A DNA stretch of 64,000 nucleotides from Thermoanaerobaculia bacterium (GCA_963664405.1 OY761158.1:608001-672000), one strand, 5' to 3'. Counted from the first letter of the stretch, positions 40,347-50,950 are shown. Notes: a model not told the origin generated them from the sequence alone. Program-made: numbers and translations.

Positions 40347-42746
40347 TCAACGAGGTTCCAAACGAATGCGCAGAGCAGCCGCCTGCTCGACTCGGAAGCG
40401 GGAATAGAGCAGCGGAAAGGCCTCGTCCCGAGCCCACATCGGGAAGAGATCACGGTAATGCGGACTCTCGGGACGGCCGGACTGGCCAGGACTGTTCATT
40501 GCCACGGACTCGTCCCACGCGCCCACGTCGACGACCATGCGGAAGCTGGCACCGCCGGTCTGGCGAAAATCGGTCCCACGATACCGGGTCGCGCCAACCG
40601 TCTCACCGCTTCCGCCGCGGGGAAGAGGACCCACATCGGCCTCGGCGCCGAGCTCGGCCCGCAACAGTGAGGACAGCGGATGCTCCAGTCGACTGTGATG
40701 GAGGCTCCCCCACTGCCAGCGGCTGCGGTCGGCTCCAAGCAGATCTTCCGTTTCGGCTAGGGCCGCCTCGAGGGAGTCGAGAAGCACCTCGTCGCGAGCA
40801 TCGGCGCCAAGGAGATCGAGATCGAGGGCGCGCAGAAGCGATCGGGGACCCACTTGGGCGAGGGCCTCGACCAGTTCGCCTCCCCAGCCCCTCTCTTCGG
40901 CGAGGCGACCCCACAGCACAGATGGAAGATGGCGACGCAGCCACACCTCGAAGAGAGCAGCGGCGGCACTGTCTGCCTCCAGACGGTGGTCCCAGTTCTG
41001 AAGAAGGGCAAGAGCCTCCCGCTGAGCTCCGCTGCCGGCCTCGAGACCGGACAGTCGCCGGATGAGCTCGAACGCCGGGAGCGAGAGGAAGTCGCCCTGC
41101 AACTCGAGGGAATCTTCGACCGAGACGAGTCGCGCCTCTTCCAATGTGTCGGCGATGCGCGAGTAGCGGTAGGGCGCAGCCCACTCGAACCCGAGCTGAT
41201 GGGAGTAGGCGGGCGGCAGGTTCATCTGATTGGCGCTGCCGACCCAGCCGCGTTCGGGGTTGGACTCGACCGGTAGCTGATCCATGTCGTAGTAGCCGGA
41301 CCACTCGTAACTGCCGTCGCCTGGAACGGGGAGGAGCCCGTCCCAGTTCGGTCGTACCGGAGCAAGGCCACCCGGTTTCCAACCGATATTGCCATCCACA
41401 TCCGCATACACCTGGTTCTCTCCCGGTAGGCCCCACCTGTTCATCGCCGCCAGGAACTGATCCCAGTTGTCCGCTCGCATATATTGGATGCTTCCGAGGT
41501 AAGGCGCCATCCCCGGCTCCAGCCAGGCCGCTCGCAGGGCATAGGCCAGGTGACGCTCTTCGTCCTCCCACAAGACGGGGCCGTGCCGAGTGAAGCGCAA
41601 AGCCACCTCTTCGCTACCGCCGTCCTTCACTTCGATCTGTTCCCGCACTTCGGTCATCCGCTCCCAACGTCCGTCGTACCAGTAGTCGGTGGCGTGCTCG
41701 GGTCGCGTGCGGTACACGTACAAGTCTTCTTGATCGATGCTGAAGACCGTGAGACCGAAGGCGATGCGCTCATTGTGTCCGATCGACACTCCGGGGAGCG
41801 CAGGCTCACCGGCGCCGATGACGTTGATCCCGGGAGCCTGGAGGTGGACGATGTAACGCAGTGAGGGCACCGCGAGCGAGCGATGGGGGTCGTTGGCGAG
41901 AATCGGCCGCCCCGTAGTCGTGCGCCCAGGTCCAATCGCCCAGTTGTTGCTCCCCCGGGCGAATGAGCCCCACGCCTCAGAGGCCGCGACCGAGGCCTGC
42001 TCCTCCTCACCGAGGACGAAGCCGACAGCTCCAGTAGCAAGGGTGTAGCGCGCGAGGACCTCCGCCGTCACGCTGTCGAGATCGAGTCCCTCAGGCACCT
42101 CGAGCTCGTGCTCCGGCTCGTAGACGTCACGAAGAGCGAGGGCCTCGCGACCGTAGCGATTGAGGAACTGCGCTCGACCAACTTCGCTGTTGACGTTGCG
42201 CAGCAGGCCGTGGCTGCGGATCTTGACCACCGTCTCGGGGGTCCAGTGAGCTGGCCGGTAGCCGAGGACCTCGAACTCGGGAGCAAGAAGCTCGGGGCGC
42301 GAAGAAGTCAGGTCGACATAGGCGTTCACGCCTGTAACGAAGGAGCTGACGATGCGTTTGGTGTCGTCCGCATACGCCAGCCATTCGGCGTGCATATCCC
42401 CGCGGTACAGGAATAGACGGGCAGCCCGGTCTTTCTCCAAATACTCAGCCCCGAGGACCTCCGCCAGTGTGCCGTCGCCGCGACGCTTCCACAGGTCGAG
42501 CTGCCAGAGGCGATCTCGAGCGGCGTTCCAACCCTGCGCTAGGAAAAGGTCGTCCTGCGAGGTTGCATAGATATGGGCAACACCCCAGCGATCGACGAGA
42601 ATCTCGACCGACGAACTGAGCCCGGCAACAGAGTAGCTCTCCTCGTCGACCGACCTCGTCGGTACCGACGCCGAACAGGACAGCAAAGCCAGTGCCAAGA
42701 CCGCGGCGACCAGAGTCGCGACGAATGGCCGATCAGGGCAATACAT
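40347..42746 (-). CDS. Penicillin acylase family (Ntn hydrolase) lipoprotein
   Basis: DRWGVAHIYA, DRLWQ, GSNNW, ANDPH, PGQSG. Confidence 0.94.
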   Translation of the reverse strand: MYCPDRPFVATLVAAVLALALLSCSASVPTRSVDEESYSVAGLSSSVEILVDRWGVAHIYATSQDDLFLAQGWNAARDRLWQLDLWKRRGDGTLAEVLGAEYLEKDRAARLFLYRGDMHAEWLAYADDTKRIVSSFVTGVNAYVDLTSSRPELLAPEFEVLGYRPAHWTPETVVKIRSHGLLRNVNSEVGRAQFLNRYGREALALRDVYEPEHELEVPEGLDLDSVTAEVLARYTLATGAVGFVLGEEEQASVAASEAWGSFARGSNNWAIGPGRTTTGRPILANDPHRSLAVPSLRYIVHLQAPGINVIGAGEPALPGVSIGHNERIAFGLTVFSIDQEDLYVYRTRPEHATDYWYDGRWERMTEVREQIEVKDGGSEEVALRFTRHGPVLWEDEERHLAYALRAAWLEPGMAPYLGSIQYMRADNWDQFLAAMNRWGLPGENQVYADVDGNIGWKPGGLAPVRPNWDGLLPVPGDGSYEWSGYYDMDQLPVESNPERGWVGSANQMNLPPAYSHQLGFEWAAPYRYSRIADTLEEARLVSVEDSLELQGDFLSLPAFELIRRLSGLEAGSGAQREALALLQNWDHRLEADSAAAALFEVWLRRHLPSVLWGRLAEERGWGGELVEALAQVGPRSLLRALDLDLLGADARDEVLLDSLEAALAETEDLLGADRSRWQWGSLHHSRLEHPLSSLLRAELGAEADVGPLPRGGSGETVGATRYRGTDFRQTGGASFRMVVDVGAWDESVAMNSPGQSGRPESPHYRDLFPMWARDEAFPLLYSRFRVEQAAALRIRLEPR

Positions 42747-45153
42747 CCAATGCCCTTAGGCGCTTCACCTCCTCCGGCGAGTAGCCGAGGAGCTCCTCGA
42801 GGATCTCGTGGTTGTGCTCGCCGAGAAGCGGTGCGGGGCTGTCCGGGGGCGGCGCGTCACTCATCTTCCAGGGGGCACCGACCAGCTCGAGATCACCCAA
42901 CTCAGGGTGAGCCACGGTGACGAAAGAGCCCCTCTCGCGAAGCTGTCGATCGGCATACAGGTCCCGAGCGTTCCGCGACGGAGCGACCGCCAAGCCGGCC
43001 TCTTCGAACTTGGCGACCATCCAATCGCGGTCGCGGTCGCGCGTCCACTCTTCGATCAGGCGATCCAGCTCGGCCTCGTTCTTCTTGCGCGCGCCGCGGG
43101 TCGAGAAGCGGTCATCGACCGCCAGCTCCGCCTGTCCCAGAGCCTTCGCAAGGCGAAAGAACTCGTCGTCGTCGCGAATCTCGAGAGCAATCCAACGGTC
43201 CGTACCCCAAGCGGCATAGACACCGTGCGGTGCATACACCGGATGGGCGTTCCCCATCCGCTCGGGGACCTGGCCGGTCATCTCGAAGCCGAGCAGGAGA
43301 TCCCCGAGGATCGAACAAGCCCCCTCGCTCTGCGAAAAGTCGATGAACTGGCCCTCACCGGTGCGGCGGCGATGGTGAAGCGCAGCGAGCAGAGAGACCG
43401 CGAGAGTCATCGCGTTGAGGAGGTCTACGTCACCACCGCTATGGCAGGGATGGCTGTCTGGGTAACCCGTCACATAGGCCCCGCCGCCGAGGCCCTGGTG
43501 GACCGAGGCGAAGCCGAGATAGTTTCGCTCGGGGCCGACATGCCCACGCCCGGAGGACGACGCGACGATGATGTCCTCGCGTTGGCGACGAAGGTCGTCA
43601 TAGCCAAGACCCAGCTTGGCGAGCGCACCCGGGCGCATATTGTCGACCACCAGATCTGAGGTCGCGGCCAACCGACGAGCGATCTCGACACCCTCGTCCT
43701 GGGAAAGGTCCACGGCAAGACTCTTCTTGTAGAGATTGACCGAATTGAAGGCCATCCCCTGATTGGGCGGAATGTGCCGAGGAGCGGGCTCTGGCAGAGG
43801 CCAGTTGACACTGCGCCGCATCAGGTCCGTTCGTCGATGACCTTCGACCTTGATTACTTCGGCACCGAGACTGGCGAGAAGCATGCCGGCATAGGGCCCT
43901 GCCCAAACCCAACAGAGCTCGGCAACACGGATTCCAGCGAGAGGAAGTGAAGGGGCCGACGGTGGAGCGACAGCTGCCTTTTTCGGTCCAGTGCCGGCTA
44001 CGGACCTCTCGGCCCTCACTTCCTCGTCGTGCTCTCCGAGGAGCGGAGCGGGCCGCCCCGGGCGTGGCGGAGAAGCGGCCATACGGTAGGGGGATCCCGC
44101 ATAGCGGTGGCGGCCGGCTCGCGGGTGCTCGACCTCGACAAAGAAATCTCTGGCCTCGAATTGCGGGTTCGCCATGACGTCCGCGGCCGACGCGATAGGA
44201 CCGATTGGGATCCCCTTCTTGGCGGCGCGATGATGCACCTCATCCTTCGCCTGTCCCAGCATCCACTCCTCGATCTTGGCAGCGATCTCCATGAGGTGGT
44301 GCGCTCGGTAGGACATCGATCTCCACTCCTCACCGGCACACCAGTCCGGGTTGCCGATAAGGTCGCGAAAAGCGTCGAAGTGGTGATCGTCGAAAGCATT
44401 CACGATCACATAGCCGTCTCGGGTCTGGAGCCGACCCATCGCGGGGGGTCGGTCAGGCACTCGGCTCCAGGTGGTGTCCTGATAACGATTCAACGCAACC
44501 AGCGGGGCCACCAGCGCGAGCGACACTTCTTGTACCGAGATGTCGATCAGTCGACCTCGAGAGTCGTTCTCGCGCCCGTACAGAGCGCCAAGAGTGGCGA
44601 GAGCCGCGACCACGCCGGCAGTGTGCTCGAGCTGCCAGCCTCCTAGCTTCACCGGAGCCCGGTTGACGCTGTCGGAGCGACTGGGAAGTAAGTTCGCGAG
44701 CCCGCCCGCGTGACTCACCGTCAACTCGCCACCCGGGACATGAGCCCGAGGACCCGAACGGCCATAGGGAGTAATCGTGGTGCGGACCAACGACGGATTG
44801 AGAGCACGAAGAGCCTCGGCTCCTAGCTCAAGGCCCTCGAGCGTCCCCGGCTCGAGGCTGTCTACCAGCACATCCGCCGATTCGAGCAGACCCCGTAGAG
44901 TGCCAAGATCCTCCGCGCTCCTAAAGTCGCAGCACACACTCCGCTTGCCCGTGTTGTTATAAAGAAAGAGCGGGCTGACCTCCTCATCTTCTTCGACTCC
45001 GAAGGGATCTATCCGGCGCGATGGATCTCCCTCGGCCGACTCCACTTTCACTACCTCAGCGCCGAAGTCGGCGAGAAGCTTGGCGCAGTACGGCGCCGCG
45101 ACCATGGTCCCTAGCTCGACGAGCGTCACCCCATCCAAAGCCTTTGCCGTCAA
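42733..45153 (-). CDS. Fused two-domain class III CoA-transferase (CaiB/BaiF)
   Basis: Two repeats of L.G..V.EL....A.PY...LA..GAEV.KVE, each ending APLLGEH. TTG start after a GAAGGGAG RBS. Confidence 0.92.
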   Translation of the reverse strand: MTAKALDGVTLVELGTMVAAPYCAKLLADFGAEVVKVESAEGDPSRRIDPFGVEEDEEVSPLFLYNNTGKRSVCCDFRSAEDLGTLRGLLESADVLVDSLEPGTLEGLELGAEALRALNPSLVRTTITPYGRSGPRAHVPGGELTVSHAGGLANLLPSRSDSVNRAPVKLGGWQLEHTAGVVAALATLGALYGRENDSRGRLIDISVQEVSLALVAPLVALNRYQDTTWSRVPDRPPAMGRLQTRDGYVIVNAFDDHHFDAFRDLIGNPDWCAGEEWRSMSYRAHHLMEIAAKIEEWMLGQAKDEVHHRAAKKGIPIGPIASAADVMANPQFEARDFFVEVEHPRAGRHRYAGSPYRMAASPPRPGRPAPLLGEHDEEVRAERSVAGTGPKKAAVAPPSAPSLPLAGIRVAELCWVWAGPYAGMLLASLGAEVIKVEGHRRTDLMRRSVNWPLPEPAPRHIPPNQGMAFNSVNLYKKSLAVDLSQDEGVEIARRLAATSDLVVDNMRPGALAKLGLGYDDLRRQREDIIVASSSGRGHVGPERNYLGFASVHQGLGGGAYVTGYPDSHPCHSGGDVDLLNAMTLAVSLLAALHHRRRTGEGQFIDFSQSEGACSILGDLLLGFEMTGQVPERMGNAHPVYAPHGVYAAWGTDRWIALEIRDDDEFFRLAKALGQAELAVDDRFSTRGARKKNEAELDRLIEEWTRDRDRDWMVAKFEEAGLAVAPSRNARDLYADRQLRERGSFVTVAHPELGDLELVGAPWKMSDAPPPDSPAPLLGEHNHEILEELLGYSPEEVKRLRALDVLP

Positions 45154-45254
45154 CGATATTCTCCCTTCTTGGTCCAACCGGAACTCTACCCCACGGCCGC
45201 CCGGCCGCCGACTCGCATTGCCAGCCCTCTGCCGATCTCCTACTATAAAACTCG

Positions 45255-45728
45255 GTGTCCCGACCCCATCTCATCTCGCTCCCCTCCCTTCTTCTCGTGG
45301 GCGCTGCGTTGTGGCTATCAAGCCTCTTCGCAGCCCCTCTGGCCACTCACCTCGGTTTTTTCGGCGCTCCCCTCTTGTACGCGATCTTCGACCCCCTCTG
45401 TCATCAGATCGCCGAGCGCAGCTTTCACTTCTGGGGCGAGCCCCTCGCGGTCTGCCATCGCTGCGCGGGGCTCTACAGCGGGGTCGTCCTCGGTCTCCTT
45501 CTCTGGCCTCGGCTGCACAGATCTCGAGCCCTCTTGCTCGAGCGGGGCCGTTGGATCCTGCTCTTCTTCGCGCCCATGGCGATCGACGTGGCGCTCCCCT
45601 GGAATACCGAATGGACCCGCTTCACGACCGGGTGTATCGCTTCTTTTCCGGTCGCACTTCTCTTGCTCGTAGCTGTCGAGCAGCTCAGCATCGACCAACT
45701 ACGCCTCGCCCCAAGGAGGGAACAATGA
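45255..45728 (+). CDS. DUF2085-like membrane protein
   Basis: CHQIAERSF and VCHRCAGLY motifs. Confidence 0.8.
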   Translation: MSRPHLISLPSLLLVGAALWLSSLFAAPLATHLGFFGAPLLYAIFDPLCHQIAERSFHFWGEPLAVCHRCAGLYSGVVLGLLLWPRLHRSRALLLERGRWILLFFAPMAIDVALPWNTEWTRFTTGCIASFPVALLLLVAVEQLSIDQLRLAPRREQ

Positions 45729-46222
45729 CCGATGACACCAATGCCAAGCTCAAGCCCGCCCTCATCGGAGGGGTCAGCCTGGGGGTCGCCTCAGCGATTC
45801 CCATCGTCAACTGGTTGAACTGCGCCTGCTGTGCCCTGGTCGTTGGCGGAGGCGTTCTCGCCTCTTACATGTATATGAAAGATCAACCTCCATCGGCGCG
45901 ACCACCCTACGGCGACGGCGCGATCGTCGGTCTTCTGGCAGGCATTATTGGAGCCGTCGTGGGCAGTGTGGTGCAGATTCCTTTCACCATGTTCTCCGCA
46001 AGCCTGGGCATGTTCTCGGGTATCGAGTCCGCGCTCGAAGAGGCCGGTGCTCCCGAACAGGTGACCGAGATCCTCTCGGGGCTCGGAGCCGGCGGTTTCG
46101 CGCTCGGTGCCATGATCGTCGGCCTCTTCTTCTCGCTCTTCATCTATTCAGCGTTCGCGACCGGCGGTGCTCTCATTGGCGTAGCCGTCTTCCACAAGAA
46201 GACCACCGACGGCGCCAGCTAG
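45725..46222 (+). CDS. Hypothetical membrane protein
   Basis: AGGAGG RBS, ATGA overlap with the upstream gene, about four TM segments, NCACC motif. Confidence 0.8.
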   Translation: MTDDTNAKLKPALIGGVSLGVASAIPIVNWLNCACCALVVGGGVLASYMYMKDQPPSARPPYGDGAIVGLLAGIIGAVVGSVVQIPFTMFSASLGMFSGIESALEEAGAPEQVTEILSGLGAGGFALGAMIVGLFFSLFIYSAFATGGALIGVAVFHKKTTDGAS

Positions 46223-46231
46223 CGTCGAGTT

Positions 46232-47143
46232 GTGCGAGTAGGCATCTCCATCACCTCGGCGCATCCGGTCGGGGACCCCCGCGAAGGGGCAAGCAGGATG
46301 ATCGACCGAGCACGGGCGGCAGAGGAGGCGGGCCTCGACTCGCTCTTCGTCGGCGACCACCACGCCACGCCTCGGCCCTACTACCAGAACAGCCCCATTC
46401 TCGGACGCCTCCTCGCCGAGTGGGGAGATCGCCCTTGCGGCGCCCTCTATCTCTTACCTCTCTGGCATCCGCTGCTCGTCGCTGAACAGGTAGCCACTCT
46501 TGCGGCCATCGCCCGCGGGCGCTTCATCCTCCAATGCGCGATCGGACCGGCAGATGCACAGTCTGAAGCCATGGGCGTCGACCCGAGGCATCGCCCCTCA
46601 CGCTTCGAAGAGTCTCTCAGCATCCTCCGCCGGTTGTGGGCCGGCGAAGAAGTGACCTCCACCGGGAGATGGAGCTTTCAGAACGCAAGAGTTTCGCCGC
46701 TTCCATCGCACCCGGTGCAGGTGTGGATCGGCGCCAGCGCCGAGCCGGCGATCGACCGTGCCGCCCGCCTCGGTGACGGCTGGTTGGGGGCACCCTCACT
46801 GACTCCAGCGATCGCAGAGAGCCAGCTGAGCACCTATCTAGCCTGCTGCGAACGCCACCAACGCGAGCCGGGTACAGCAGCGATCCGCCGCGACATCTAC
46901 GTCGGCGAGAGTGCCGTAGAAGCTCGTGCGACGGCGAAGCCCATCGTCGATGCCGGATATCGCGGATTCCCCGCCGAAGCTCCAGTGATCGGCTCAGCCG
47001 AAGAGGTCGCCGACGCCTTCTCTCGCCTCGGCGCCATGGGCTATACCGACATCATCGTTCGCAACCTGGTCCAGGATCCGCACAAGGCCGTCGCCTCCAC
47101 GACCAGACTTGGCGCAGTCCGCGATCTCGTCGCAGGGCTGTGA
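46232..47143 (+). CDS. LLM-class flavin-dependent oxidoreductase
   Basis: AEEAGLDSLFVGDHH, HPLLVAEQVATL, RAARLGDGW. Confidence 0.9.
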   Translation: MRVGISITSAHPVGDPREGASRMIDRARAAEEAGLDSLFVGDHHATPRPYYQNSPILGRLLAEWGDRPCGALYLLPLWHPLLVAEQVATLAAIARGRFILQCAIGPADAQSEAMGVDPRHRPSRFEESLSILRRLWAGEEVTSTGRWSFQNARVSPLPSHPVQVWIGASAEPAIDRAARLGDGWLGAPSLTPAIAESQLSTYLACCERHQREPGTAAIRRDIYVGESAVEARATAKPIVDAGYRGFPAEAPVIGSAEEVADAFSRLGAMGYTDIIVRNLVQDPHKAVASTTRLGAVRDLVAGL

Positions 47144-47177
47144 TCCTACCGAGTCAAGAAGCAAAGGAGCCCTACCC

Positions 47178-48272
47178 ATGCCCACGCCAGCCAGAGTGGT
47201 AGTCCTTCCCGTCGCCGACGGTCCACTCGAGATCCACGACCTCCAACTCCCCGACCCTGGTGCGCGCCAAGTGGTGGCCCGCCTCCATTCGAGCGGGGTC
47301 TGTCACAGCCAGCTTCATCAAATGCACTCTCCACGACAGCAGCCCGTCGTGCTCGGGCACGAGGCCACCGGCACCATCACCGCGGTAGGTACAGAGGTCG
47401 GCCACGTGGCTGTGGGAGATCGCGTCATCGTGACCTGGGTACCGCGGGATGGGGCTCACGCCGGTCGCGCGCCGGACCCCGTTACTCTGACCCTGGCGGA
47501 CGGGTCCGAGGCTGTCTCCCAAAACGTGTTCACCTGGGCCGACCACACCCTTGCCGACGAACAGTTCGTGGTCAAGGTGCCGAAGGACACCCGAGACGAC
47601 GTGACCTGCATCATCGGTTGCGCAGTCATCACCGGAGCGGGTGCGGTCAAGAACACGGCAGCAGTGCAGGAGGGGCAGAGTGTTGCCATCTTCGGCGTCG
47701 GCGGCGTCGGCTTGTCGGCGGTTGCCGCGGCCCGCAATGCCGGAGCTGACCCGATCATCGCTGTCGATCTCGACGAAGCCAAGCTCGACTTCGCGATGCG
47801 ATTCGGCGCTACTCACAAAATCAATGCATCGACAACCAACGCCGTCGCCGCCATCCGTGAGCTGACCTCGCGCGACGACGCCTGGGACATCCGTGGCAAA
47901 CCCGTATGCGGCGCCGATTTCGCCTTCGACTGCATCGGCCTGAAGGTGACCATGGAACAGATTGTTCCGGCGGCGCGCTCGGGATCCTTCGGTGTCGAGG
48001 AGGGCGGTACCGCCGTTCTGGTCGGCGTGCCAGGGACCCGCCCCGAAATCAACGCGCTCGACCTCCTGGTCAACGAAAAGAAGTTCATCGGGTCGATCGG
48101 CGGCTCTTGCCACCCCGATCGTGACTTCCCCATCTTCCTCGACTGGTTCGAAAAGGGAGTCCTGGACCTCGATGCCCTGGTAACGGCTCGCTACACCCTC
48201 GACCAGATCAACGAAGCCACACATTGCCTTCAAGCCGGCGAGATCTTCGGCCGCGCAATCCTCGAGCTATAA
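47178..48272 (+). CDS. Zinc-binding alcohol dehydrogenase (MDR)
   Basis: GVCHS, GHE, GCAVITG, GVGGVG. The structural-zinc Cys cluster is absent. Confidence 0.92.
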   Translation: MPTPARVVVLPVADGPLEIHDLQLPDPGARQVVARLHSSGVCHSQLHQMHSPRQQPVVLGHEATGTITAVGTEVGHVAVGDRVIVTWVPRDGAHAGRAPDPVTLTLADGSEAVSQNVFTWADHTLADEQFVVKVPKDTRDDVTCIIGCAVITGAGAVKNTAAVQEGQSVAIFGVGGVGLSAVAAARNAGADPIIAVDLDEAKLDFAMRFGATHKINASTTNAVAAIRELTSRDDAWDIRGKPVCGADFAFDCIGLKVTMEQIVPAARSGSFGVEEGGTAVLVGVPGTRPEINALDLLVNEKKFIGSIGGSCHPDRDFPIFLDWFEKGVLDLDALVTARYTLDQINEATHCLQAGEIFGRAILEL

Positions 48273-48300
48273 GACCCCACAAGTCGCTCGCCGTCGTGCA

Positions 48301-48426
48301 TGGCCGTTCAGGGTGCCCCAGATCGCCGCAGCGCAGGAGCGAGGCGACGCAGGCGTACTCCTGTACGCCGGAGGAGCCGAGCGACGAGAACGCGGTGATT
48401 TGGGGTGCCCTGGGCGGCCGGGCTAG
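48301..48426 (+). repeat. Shorter palindromic element related to the CTAG family
   Basis: 29-bp stem (48301-48329 with 48392-48420); core cgacgcaggc-gtac..gtac-gcc-gaggag...cgacg; followed by CTAG at 48423. Confidence 0.75.
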
Positions 48427-49220
48427 CGGCCCTGGAAGACCGGGCGGCGCTTCTCCATAAAGGCTCTTCGCCCCTCAGCGTAGTCCTCGCTCTCGAAGCA
48501 GGCTCGGACCACCTCTTCGCAGCGCTCGCGATCGAAGTCGACGCCCTTTTCTATCTCATCCACGATCGTTTTCACCGAGTGAATGGTGAGAGGAGCGTTC
48601 TCCGCGATACGACGGCAGATCTCCCGAACTTCCGCCTCGAGATCCGCGACGGGGAGAACCCGGTTCACCAACCCCATCGTGGCAGCCTCCTGGGCATTGA
48701 AGTGACGAGCCGTGAAGAAGATCTCTTTTGCAAACGAAGGACCGACCAGGTCTACCAGCGTGCGCAAACCACGGTGGTCGTAGCCAACGCCCAATCTGGC
48801 AGCGGGAATCGCGAAGGTCGAGTCCGCGGACGCCACCCGCAAATCGCAGTTGAGAGCGACGCCGAGACCTCCTCCGAGACAGTAGCCTCGAATCATCGCC
48901 ACAGTCGGGAGATTCGTCATCTTCAAGCGTCGATTCGCCTCCCCCGCGATGCGTCCGTAGTTGGACCGACTTGCCTGACTCGAGCGCTCCTTCTCGAACT
49001 GAGAAATGTCGGCACCGGAGATGAACGCTCGCTCGCCCGCACCCTTTAGAACGACGACGCGGATGCCCTCCTCCTCCTCCAAGACGTCAAAAGCCTTGGG
49101 GATGGCGTCCCACATGTCGACAGACAACGCGTTATGACGCTCAGGCTTGTTGAAAGTGACCCAACCAATCGCACCGTCTTTCTCGACCCGCACACGATCG
49201 TTGGCAAAACTAGAAGTCAC
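48423..49220 (-). CDS. Enoyl-CoA hydratase family protein
   Basis: FNKPERHNAL, AFISGADI, GYCLGGG, EGRRAFMEKRRPVFQG. Start approximate. Confidence 0.92.
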   Translation of the reverse strand: MTSSFANDRVRVEKDGAIGWVTFNKPERHNALSVDMWDAIPKAFDVLEEEEGIRVVVLKGAGERAFISGADISQFEKERSSQASRSNYGRIAGEANRRLKMTNLPTVAMIRGYCLGGGLGVALNCDLRVASADSTFAIPAARLGVGYDHRGLRTLVDLVGPSFAKEIFFTARHFNAQEAATMGLVNRVLPVADLEAEVREICRRIAENAPLTIHSVKTIVDEIEKGVDFDRERCEEVVRACFESEDYAEGRRAFMEKRRPVFQGR

Positions 49221-49300
49221 GACACCGGCTCCACATCTTCGAGCCAACACGCAGCGTAAGCGCCGGTGATGACGCCGACGTTGCCGCCGAGATCGAATAG

Positions 49301-49544
49301 CTAGACCAGCGTTTCCAGAGTTCGCGCACATATCTCGGCCCCTTCTGCCCGCTGCCGGCGTTGCGCCTCATCGACCTATTGCCCAATATGCCTGCGTCGG
49401 CGCGCCTCGCCCCGGAAAACGGACCTGCGGTCCGTTCTCCGGCCCATCCCCGCCTGAGAACTACTCGCCTGCTTCGCAGGCTCCTAGCCAGCGAACAGAA
49501 TGAACTCGAGCTATGCAGCACGAACTTTGGAAACGCTGGTCTAG
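49301..49544 (-). repeat. CTAG-bounded palindromic element, copy 4 (arm type C) with a 78-bp nested insert
   Basis: ctagaccagcgtttcca...tggaaacgctggtctag; colinear with 63743-63907 except for 49408-49485. Confidence 0.9.
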
Positions 49545-49654
49545 TTAACAACTTCACTCTCTGCTTCTCCCCTGTCAGAAACGGCACCGGTCTCTCGGCT
49601 CCAGCTATTCGCCATTCTATGTCGACGCTGAAAAGGCAAAGCCGACGACCGGAC

Positions 49655-50950
49655 TCATCCTCGATTCTCGAGACTTTCGAGCAGCTCGGGGAGATCCACA
49701 GCAACGAAAGTATTGGCCCAGCTCACGACCAGAACGAGAGACACGATAGCAACCCAAACGAGGCGTCCTCGCTTCTCGCTCCGGGAGGGCACGACAACCA
49801 AACGAGCAGCGAAGACAGCGACGAAAGGCATCAGCGGGATGTGGTAGCGAGAGTGGCCGATCGTCAGCGCGTGAACTCCCATCAGCAACACAAAGAAGGA
49901 AAGGATAAGAGCCAGCTGTACTCTGTCCGGAGGCGGGCGCAGGATACCGCCGGCGACTCCCAGCAAGATGAGAAGCACGTAATACCCCCCGAAGCACACG
50001 GCCAGGCCAAGAGCCACGGCTCGGGGGATCGGCCCGATCAGACCCTGAACGGCAGCTGCTGACAGGGATCGATCGATCCGCCAGAAGCGGAGCCCATGTC
50101 GAATCGCTCTGCGAATCTTCTGGGTCGCCCGCCCTGGCTCCTGACGGGCACCGACGCCGGAGAACCCGGGGCCGGCAATGCGGTGGAAAACCGGCGCCGA
50201 GTAGCGCTTCACAACCCGCGTCGCTGCCGAGTCCACCGGCGAGAGCCGGCCGTTCAGTCGCGAGTTGCGGACGATCCACGGTGATACGACGACCGAGAAC
50301 GAAACCAGGAATGCGGCCGCAACCGCGAAGCGGCGGCGAGGAGACATCTTCGAGAGAGCGAGAACAAGAAGGATGAACAGCGGCGGATAGACTTGAAGCA
50401 CGCTCCTCGTGAGCGTGGCCAGACCCAGCACCCCAGCACCGGCGATGAGGAGAGGCCATCTCTCTTCAACAAAGAAACGCTGAAGAGCCAGGCAGCCGAG
50501 GCACAGCAAGAATGTGAATGGGACCTCGGTCAGAATCAGATTCTCGTGCCCCCACAAGGAGGGGTAAAAACCGATGAGTGCCGCCGCCCACCACCCCGTG
50601 CGGGCGTCGTAGAGACTAAGGCCGATGAGATAGACAATGCCGGCGATGCCGACTCCCATGAAGGCCTGCAACAGTCTCACGGCCTGATAATTCTGGTTAC
50701 CGAAGAGGCGGTAGACCCCGGTGACGAGGACTGGATAGAGAGGCGGCCGAATCGTCGTGGGTTTCCCGGGCTCGCGGGCGAACTCGCCGCTCTGCGCAAT
50801 CGTCACCGCGATGGTGTCGTACTCCCTCTCGTCGTAAGTGAAGGGCTCGACCCGGGCAAACCATAGCCAGGGGCCGAGGCGAGCGAGTAACATTGCCAGC
50901 ACGAGCCAGCGCAGTCTGAAAGGCGGCGAGGAACGAAGAGAGCTCTGCAC
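49655..50950 (-). CDS. GT-C fold (ArnT/PMT-like) glycosyltransferase
   Basis: YDEREY, RPPLYP, LTE, PWIVRN, RYHIP; polytopic membrane protein. Confidence 0.82.
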   Translation of the reverse strand: MQSSLRSSPPFRLRWLVLAMLLARLGPWLWFARVEPFTYDEREYDTIAVTIAQSGEFAREPGKPTTIRPPLYPVLVTGVYRLFGNQNYQAVRLLQAFMGVGIAGIVYLIGLSLYDARTGWWAAALIGFYPSLWGHENLILTEVPFTFLLCLGCLALQRFFVEERWPLLIAGAGVLGLATLTRSVLQVYPPLFILLVLALSKMSPRRRFAVAAAFLVSFSVVVSPWIVRNSRLNGRLSPVDSAATRVVKRYSAPVFHRIAGPGFSGVGARQEPGRATQKIRRAIRHGLRFWRIDRSLSAAAVQGLIGPIPRAVALGLAVCFGGYYVLLILLGVAGGILRPPPDRVQLALILSFFVLLMGVHALTIGHSRYHIPLMPFVAVFAARLVVVPSRSEKRGRLVWVAIVSLVLVVSWANTFVAVDLPELLESLENRG

